NCBI GenBank assembly: GCA_963708025.1 | Contig: CAVPSB010000030.1 | Coordinates: 32,001 to 96,000 of the forward strand | Origin: an uncultured Candidatus Rokubacteria bacterium | GTDB taxonomy: Bacteria; Methylomirabilota; Methylomirabilia; Rokubacteriales; DASRDR01 | Length of the DNA stretch: 64,000 nucleotides | Direction of reading: 5' to 3' | Shown: piece after piece, positions 58,493 through 64,000 of the stretch | Layout: each line of letters begins with the position of its first letter | Numbering within the stretch: the stretch's first letter is position 1 | Program-made: the position numbers and the translations under genes | Notes under the pieces: generated by a model | What the model was told of the DNA's origin: nothing | Databases searched by the model: none | Seen by the model: only the letters and a program-made list of their open reading frames with translations

Positions 58493-59280
58493 CGGCACCC
58501 TCCGACCGCGAGCGCGGGCCGGCGCCGAGCCCGGGTGTCCTCGAGCCAGTCCTGCACGGCCGCCGCGAACACCTCGGGGCGCTCCAGCATCGGCGCATGG
58601 CCGCACTCCCCCAGGAGCACGAGGGTCGAGTCGGGAATCAGCGCGTGAAAGCGCCGGGCAACCTCGAGCGGCGTGACCCGATCGTCCCTCCCCCAGATGA
58701 GCAGGGTCGGCACGCGGATCTCGGGCAGCCGCGCCGCCAGGCTGTGGCGCTTGGCCGAGGCGGCGAGGCAAACCACCCGGCGGGCCAGCGCCCGGTCGGT
58801 CACGATGCGGCGGATCCGCTCCACCCATTCGGGCGTCACCAGGTCGGGATCGTACAACACCTCCGTCATCTTCTGCCGCACGTACTCAGAGGTCGGGCGG
58901 TGCGGCACCCCGCGGGAGAACCCGCGCTCGAACAAGCCCGACGACCCGGCGAGGATCAGCCCCGACACGCGATCAGGCCGGCTCAGGGCGAGCTCCAGCG
59001 CCAGATGGCCCCCGAGGGAGTTGCCGCCGACCACGGCGGTCGGGAAGTCCAGGACGTCCAGGAAGTGCTGGACGTAGCTCGTCAGCTCCGGGAGCGAGAC
59101 GGCCGGGACGGCCGGATCGAACAGCGGAAGGGACAGGGCCATGGCGCGGCAGGCGTCCTCCAGGGCGATCAGCGACGCCTCCCAGTGATCCATCTCGCCC
59201 ATGAGGCCGTGCAACAGCAACACGGGCTCCCCGTCACCGCGCTCGAGCCAGCGAAAGCTCGAATGACCGACCGTGCTCAT
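58489..59280 (-). CDS. Alpha/beta-fold hydrolase
   Basis: LLHGLMG, GNSLGG, WGRDDRV, CGHAPM. Confidence 0.92.
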   Translation of the reverse strand: MSTVGHSSFRWLERGDGEPVLLLHGLMGEMDHWEASLIALEDACRAMALSLPLFDPAVPAVSLPELTSYVQHFLDVLDFPTAVVGGNSLGGHLALELALSRPDRVSGLILAGSSGLFERGFSRGVPHRPTSEYVRQKMTEVLYDPDLVTPEWVERIRRIVTDRALARRVVCLAASAKRHSLAARLPEIRVPTLLIWGRDDRVTPLEVARRFHALIPDSTLVLLGECGHAPMLERPEVFAAAVQDWLEDTRARRRPALAVGGCR

Positions 59281-60104
59281 GTGATCCTCCTCGTGAGCTG
59301 GGGGTAGACCATGGCGCCCCGGTGCCGGAGGGCCAGGAACCGGAGGAGGCTCCGGATCTGGAGGGAGAGGTGGCGGGGCACCTTGCCCGCGGTCCAGGAC
59401 CAGTTGACGTGAGCCCGCGTCCGGCCGGCGGTCAGCGCGCGCCACAGCGCCGCGGAGTCCCGGCCGGGAAACCGGGTGACGGCACTGCCCAGGTACCAGA
59501 CGTCGTGGGCGTCGCTGCCGGCCGTGACGGGGAGCAGCCACTCGACGTTCCGGAACGCTGCCCAGGCGTCGTAGAGCCAGGAGAAGACGCCCGCGTTGTT
59601 GACCACCTCGAGGCCGTCCAGGGCGAGGTCCGGGATCATCTGTCCGAGAGAAGGGTGACCGCGAGCCCGACCGCGGTACGGATGGAAGGGATGGGCGGCG
59701 ACGGCCAGGCCGCCCTGCGCGTGGATGAGGTCGATGGTCTCCCGCGCCGGCAGCCGAGGCGGCACCCGCTCCCGGAGGTACAGGCCGAGCAGGTGACCGT
59801 TGAGCGTGCTGATCTCCTCGCCGACGATCACGTTGACGCCGAGCTCCGGGTGCTCCCGCGCGAACTCCCGGCCCTGGAGCGCGCCGCGGATCTCGTCGTG
59901 GTCGGTGATGGCCAGCACGTCCACGCGTCCTGCCGCCGCCTGAACGACCGTCTCGGGCCAGTCGGCCCCATCGCTCCAGCAGGTGTGCACGTGGAGGTCG
60001 GCCCGGCCCGAGGCGAGCAGCCGCTGCCGTCCGTAACGGCGCGGCCGCCTCGGGCGCCGGGCGGGCGGCGTGAAGACCGGTCCGGTTCCGACAGGCGTGA
60101 TCAT
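59277..60104 (-). CDS. PHP-domain metal-dependent phosphoesterase
   Basis: DLHVHT..SDG, ITDHD, GEEI, AHP, GSDAH. Confidence 0.88.
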   Translation of the reverse strand: MITPVGTGPVFTPPARRPRRPRRYGRQRLLASGRADLHVHTCWSDGADWPETVVQAAAGRVDVLAITDHDEIRGALQGREFAREHPELGVNVIVGEEISTLNGHLLGLYLRERVPPRLPARETIDLIHAQGGLAVAAHPFHPYRGRARGHPSLGQMIPDLALDGLEVVNNAGVFSWLYDAWAAFRNVEWLLPVTAGSDAHDVWYLGSAVTRFPGRDSAALWRALTAGRTRAHVNWSWTAGKVPRHLSLQIRSLLRFLALRHRGAMVYPQLTRRIT

Positions 60105-60234
60105 CCGAGGCCAGCATGCCCGCCTTCGGTCAAGGCGCTGCCAGCGCATTCGTGAAGTTTCCGTCTCGCTTCGATGGCGCCCGGTAATCCGAGGGTCATC
60201 GAGCTCGAGCCGGCCGTCGGGTACTGTGGACGGG

Positions 60235-60897
60235 ATGACGCCCCGACCCTCAGGCTGGCTGGCTGCCGAGCTGGTCGCCCTCTGGTTTCTGGTCCCCTTG
60301 CTGCTCTGGGCGGGGGCGTTCCCGGGCGTCCATCTCCTGGTCGTCCTCGCCCTGGCCGGGGGCGGCACCGCCGTGCTGGCGGTCGCGGCTGGAGCCCGCG
60401 GTCCGGCGCTCGGCCTTCGCGCGCGGCCTGGCCTCGGCGAATCCCTTCGGGCCGGCGCGCCGGGTGTCGCGGCCGCCGTCACCCTGCTCCCGCTGGTCGC
60501 GCTCGTCCTGCTCGGGCGCGACGGCCTGGGCGCGTGGCCCCGGGCCAGCGCGGAGGGACTGGTGGGGTTCCTTGTCGTCTACGCGGTCGTCTCGGTCACC
60601 GCGCAGGAGTGGCTGTTCTCCTCGTTCTTCTTCTGGCGCTATCGCCGGCTCGCCCGGGCGTCCATTCTCGACGCCGTCAACGTGGTCAGCTTCGGGCTGG
60701 CGCACCTCGTCTACGGGTCAGCGATCTCGGTCGGACTGTCGATGCTCGGACGGATCCTGCTGGTTCGCGTGTACCGGCGGCAGAGGAACGTCTGGGCGGT
60801 CTGGATCCTTCATGTCGTGCTCGGCGTCGTCGTGTTTCTCGTCGGACTGGGGCGGTACTTCTATCGGCCGCTGGATCTTCCGATCGCACCGTACTGA
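60235..60897 (+). CDS. CPBP/CAAX-family intramembrane protein
   Basis: Multi-TM; AQEWLF, FGLAH, ILH motifs. Confidence 0.75.
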   Translation: MTPRPSGWLAAELVALWFLVPLLLWAGAFPGVHLLVVLALAGGGTAVLAVAAGARGPALGLRARPGLGESLRAGAPGVAAAVTLLPLVALVLLGRDGLGAWPRASAEGLVGFLVVYAVVSVTAQEWLFSSFFFWRYRRLARASILDAVNVVSFGLAHLVYGSAISVGLSMLGRILLVRVYRRQRNVWAVWILHVVLGVVVFLVGLGRYFYRPLDLPIAPY

Positions 60898-61625
60898 ATG
60901 CGCGGCCTCTCCGGGAGCGGTGTGGAGGGCCACCCCGCCGGGTGCCGGGACGTGTCAGTCGCCTCGCTCGGCCGAGCGCGGATGGCCGCCCCGGCGGCGA
61001 GGGTTGGCGCCGGGGCCGGGTCGGACGATGGCTCGCCGGCTCGATCGGGGGCGCCGGGAGCCGGTAATCGGAGGGCTGCGCGCACCCCACCGTCCTCGAG
61101 GCGGGCGCCGACGATGTAGTACACCGTTTCGAGAGCGGGGAGGAGGGACCAGGCGTCGTTCGGAAAGCGCACCGCCAGGAAGAAGCCCCAGATCGACAGC
61201 ACGGTGCCGACGTACTGGGGGTGCGAGAGGACCGAGAACGGGAAATCGCGGCACCAGGGGACCTCGTGGCCCAGGATGTTCCCGTAGAAGACGCCCGCCG
61301 AGCCCAGGCGGTAGAACACGCTCCCGTTCAGGAGCTGCCCGGCGACGATCAGGACGCCGCCGATCACGAGTGCCGCCGCGCTATTGTCCGGAGGCGCCGA
61401 CGACCCCTGCTGGTGAACCCAGCACCAGCCCACGAACACCGACATCTGCAGCGCCTTGAAGCCGTAGAAGAGCTTCCGCACGATGGCGACCGGCTCGCCG
61501 AAGCGCGCGAGCCAGGGACGGGCGCACAGCCGCCGAAACGCACCGGGGGAACGCGCGATGCCCACGTAGCACGCCCGCTCGAGGGCCAGCACGACGGCGG
61601 CGACCAGCAGCGACCAGAGGGTCAC
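60861..61625 (-). CDS. PEMT-family phospholipid N-methyltransferase (plant PLMT-like)
   Basis: LERACY, KALQ, GQLLN.SVFYRLG..GVFYG, PW...FPFS...HPQYVG. Confidence 0.82.
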   Translation of the reverse strand: MTLWSLLVAAVVLALERACYVGIARSPGAFRRLCARPWLARFGEPVAIVRKLFYGFKALQMSVFVGWCWVHQQGSSAPPDNSAAALVIGGVLIVAGQLLNGSVFYRLGSAGVFYGNILGHEVPWCRDFPFSVLSHPQYVGTVLSIWGFFLAVRFPNDAWSLLPALETVYYIVGARLEDGGVRAALRLPAPGAPDRAGEPSSDPAPAPTLAAGAAIRARPSEATDTSRHPAGWPSTPLPERPRIQYGAIGRSSGR

Positions 61626-61664
61626 TGCCGGTCGCCTCGTTGCGTGCGCGAGGTCGGCTGCACT

Positions 61665-63911
61665 TCACAGGCGACCGAGGTAACGGGGCGAGTAGGCGGC
61701 GACGTCCGTGATGGGATCGGTGAGGAGCTTCACGAACCACACCATCGCCAGACGCAGGTTGTGCGCCCACACGAGATAGGCCACGCGCCCGCCGACGACC
61801 ACCAGCGTCCAGACGAACCACTCTCGCGCGACCGCCGCCGCCATCGATCCGAATGCGGCGCCGGTCCAGGAGTCGGCCTGCACCAGGTGAGCGACGGGGA
61901 TCAGCAGATAGGCGGCGAGGATCATCGTCTTGTTGCGCGTGTTGAACCCCAGCAGCAGCGCTTCCTTGTCGTGGCATGGCGGCTCCAGGACGGCGTGGCC
62001 GATTTGCCGCAGGAACAGGGCGGCCAGCCCGATCCACATCGCCGCGGTGAGATCCCAGAACACGAGCGCGTAGCAGCCGATGAACGCGCTCGAGCTGATG
62101 ATGTGGAACAGCTGATTGACCACGTTGCTGTGCGATGCGTGGTGGTCGTCCCTCTTGCGCCGCATCACCTCCGCGTGGAAGCTCTGCACGGGTCGCGGGA
62201 TCTGCACCAGGCTCCCCACCATTTCCCGCACGAGACGGACTCGCATGATCTTCTCCCTCCCGGGTTGCAGCTCGGCGCTCAGCCACCAGCCGTCGTCCTT
62301 CATGCGGCGAGCGGCCTGGATGAGCTTCGCCTGCAATGCCGCGTAGTCATCGGACGTGAAGTCCATGCTGGTCAGGCACCGACCCGTGCCCACCCAGCTC
62401 AGCGTAACCCCCTCGGCCCGGAGATAGTACTGCAGCAGCCAGTTGTAGCGGCCGGGCTCCGTGAAGAGCACCGTCCAGATGGTGCCGAGGTGCACCACCC
62501 GGAGGGGCAGCGTCGCCTCGGCGAGTCCCCGATTGGTCGCCTGCACCCACCGGGCGCACCGCTCGTTCATGTCCTCGTAGAGGGAGGCCGTCGCCGGCTC
62601 GGCCAGCCAGCGAAGGAACTCGTTCATGGCCCCCATCACGACCGGGTGGGCGGAGAACGTGCCGACCACGAACGCCACGCGCATGGGGTGATCGGGATCG
62701 AAGCGCTGCATGAGCGCCCGCTTCCCGCAGACGACACCGATGGGCATGCCGCCGCCCACGGTCTTGCCGTAGACCACCATGTCCGCCTGGACTCCGAAGT
62801 ACTCCTGCGCCCCGCCGGGAGCGAGCCGGAACCCCGTGTAGACCTCGTCGAAGACGAGCGGGATGGCGCACCGGTCGCAGAGCTCGCGCAGCTGGCGCAG
62901 CCACCGGGCATACGCCGCCGAGGACTCGCTCATCTTCCGGACGCCGCTGGTCAGGAGGATGGCATCGCTCGGCGGCGGGGCGTTGGGGTGAAAGGACTGG
63001 ATCGGATTGATCAGCACCGCCGCGATCTCCTTCGCACGCCGGCGAATGACGCCCAGCGATGCCGGATCGAGGTCCTTGAGCGTGAGACAGTCGTCGAGGG
63101 CGCGCTCGCTGCCCAGCCCGGGCTGCACGCCGTCCCACCAGCCGTGATAGGCCCCGGCGAAGCTCACGATGAGCTTCCGGCGGGTGTTGAAGCGGGCCAG
63201 CCGGACGGCGGCCATGACCGCTTCGGTGCCGCTCATGTGAAAGGACACTTCGTCCTGCTTCGACACGGCGCGGAGCATGGCGATGTTGTCGGCGACCAGC
63301 GGGTGGAGGGGCCCCAGCACCGGCCCGAGGTCCTGGACCCGCTCCAGGCCCTTGCGCATCCACTCCTTGTAACGCGTGAACCCCGCGACGTTGACGCCGT
63401 ACGAGCCGCTCACGTCGAGCGTCGCGTGACCGTCGAGGTGCCGGAGCCGGGGACCCTCCGACGCGGTGACGACGGCGCACAGGTTGAAGTGCTCCCGCAT
63501 GAAGCGCGCGAAGGGGAACGGCACCCGGCTGGCGTCGGTGAAGCGCAGATCCGAGAAGCTGTCGCGGACTGCACGCTCCCAGGCAATGGACTGGGGATAC
63601 TCCGCCCGGAAGGCGGCGGCCAGACGGCCGATGGCCGCCCGGCGACGCTCCACCCAGGGTTCCCCGGCGCCATCGGCCCGGAAGAACGCCTCATCCGAGT
63701 AGTCGCGCGCTTTCACCCAGCGCGACAGGCGCCGGGCCAGCATCGGCGTCAACGCCAGCGCGCGCCACGTCGCGACCGCCGCGACGGCCCGGCGCACGGC
63801 CAGGATGACGACGAGCCCACCGAGAGCGAGACCGAAGAGCAGCCAGCCGTTGCCGATCGACGGCAACCCGAAACACGTCGCCCAGCTCTGCAGCGGTTCG
63901 ATCAGGAACAT
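61665..63911 (-). CDS. Class III aminotransferase-fold enzyme with N-terminal TM and C-terminal multi-TM domain
   Basis: DVSGSYGVN, SGTEAV, AYHGWWD, FDEVYTGFR, YGKTVGGG, GTFSAHP; C-terminal HSNVVNQLFHI...RQIGHAVLE. Confidence 0.88.
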   Translation of the reverse strand: MFLIEPLQSWATCFGLPSIGNGWLLFGLALGGLVVILAVRRAVAAVATWRALALTPMLARRLSRWVKARDYSDEAFFRADGAGEPWVERRRAAIGRLAAAFRAEYPQSIAWERAVRDSFSDLRFTDASRVPFPFARFMREHFNLCAVVTASEGPRLRHLDGHATLDVSGSYGVNVAGFTRYKEWMRKGLERVQDLGPVLGPLHPLVADNIAMLRAVSKQDEVSFHMSGTEAVMAAVRLARFNTRRKLIVSFAGAYHGWWDGVQPGLGSERALDDCLTLKDLDPASLGVIRRRAKEIAAVLINPIQSFHPNAPPPSDAILLTSGVRKMSESSAAYARWLRQLRELCDRCAIPLVFDEVYTGFRLAPGGAQEYFGVQADMVVYGKTVGGGMPIGVVCGKRALMQRFDPDHPMRVAFVVGTFSAHPVVMGAMNEFLRWLAEPATASLYEDMNERCARWVQATNRGLAEATLPLRVVHLGTIWTVLFTEPGRYNWLLQYYLRAEGVTLSWVGTGRCLTSMDFTSDDYAALQAKLIQAARRMKDDGWWLSAELQPGREKIMRVRLVREMVGSLVQIPRPVQSFHAEVMRRKRDDHHASHSNVVNQLFHIISSSAFIGCYALVFWDLTAAMWIGLAALFLRQIGHAVLEPPCHDKEALLLGFNTRNKTMILAAYLLIPVAHLVQADSWTGAAFGSMAAAVAREWFVWTLVVVGGRVAYLVWAHNLRLAMVWFVKLLTDPITDVAAYSPRYLGRL

Positions 63912-64000
63912 CCCACTCTCCCTTCGCTGGTCAGGAGCGTTTCGAACCGACTCACCACACGCTGCCAATCGACCGAGATCGCGTGCAGTCGAGCCTCCCG

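Noticed and set aside
60130-60190. Possible Pho box before the PHP operon (GCCAT/GAGAC/TTCAC at 11 bp, minus strand)
   Set aside because: Poor half-sites and no -10 hexamer at the expected distance.
1-64000. tRNA, rRNA, CRISPR, integrase/transposase, prophage or defence genes; phoR
   Set aside because: No supporting motifs seen. The cognate PhoR kinase is not in this window.

Overview
High-GC bacterial DNA, probably from a metagenome assembly. A Rokubacteria/Methylomirabilota-like origin is a guess from intergenic repeats and gene style. Most of the window is a phosphate-starvation (Pho) island: phoB-pstSCAB-phoU, sixA-ppx-ppk1, an alkaline phosphatase/NPP-family gene, phnCED with a phosphonate-associated ADH, mgsA, and remnants of phoX and an OprO/P porin. 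Reading the intergenic DNA shows 14 Pho-box-like arrays (GTCAC/GTAAC half-sites at 11-bp period), ten of them exactly 10 nt before a -10-like hexamer. These arrays also precede genes not known as Pho-regulon members. (1) A ferrosome(fez)-like cluster: DUF5132-like protein, HMA2 protein and a Cys/His-less P1B-6-like ATPase. (2) An unlisted 50-aa ORF. (3) Two P2A (Ca2+-type) ATPases with HMA2 N-termini. (4) A 22-aa helical-repeat protein family with basic tails (2 intact copies, 1 truncated, 1 decayed). (5) A MetK paralog that keeps the triphosphate/Mg ligands but has lost three methionine ligands. (6) ino1. My best candidate for an undescribed system is a Pho-controlled, ferrosome-like cation/(poly)phosphate compartment; this is inference. 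The right end carries possible lipid-remodelling genes (PHP-hydrolase-GH3-MTase; class III aminotransferase-membrane fusion plus plant-type PEMT). The island shows heavy deletion and duplication decay, and zwf has many indels that look like assembly artefacts. No rRNA, tRNA, CRISPR array, transposase or integrase was seen.
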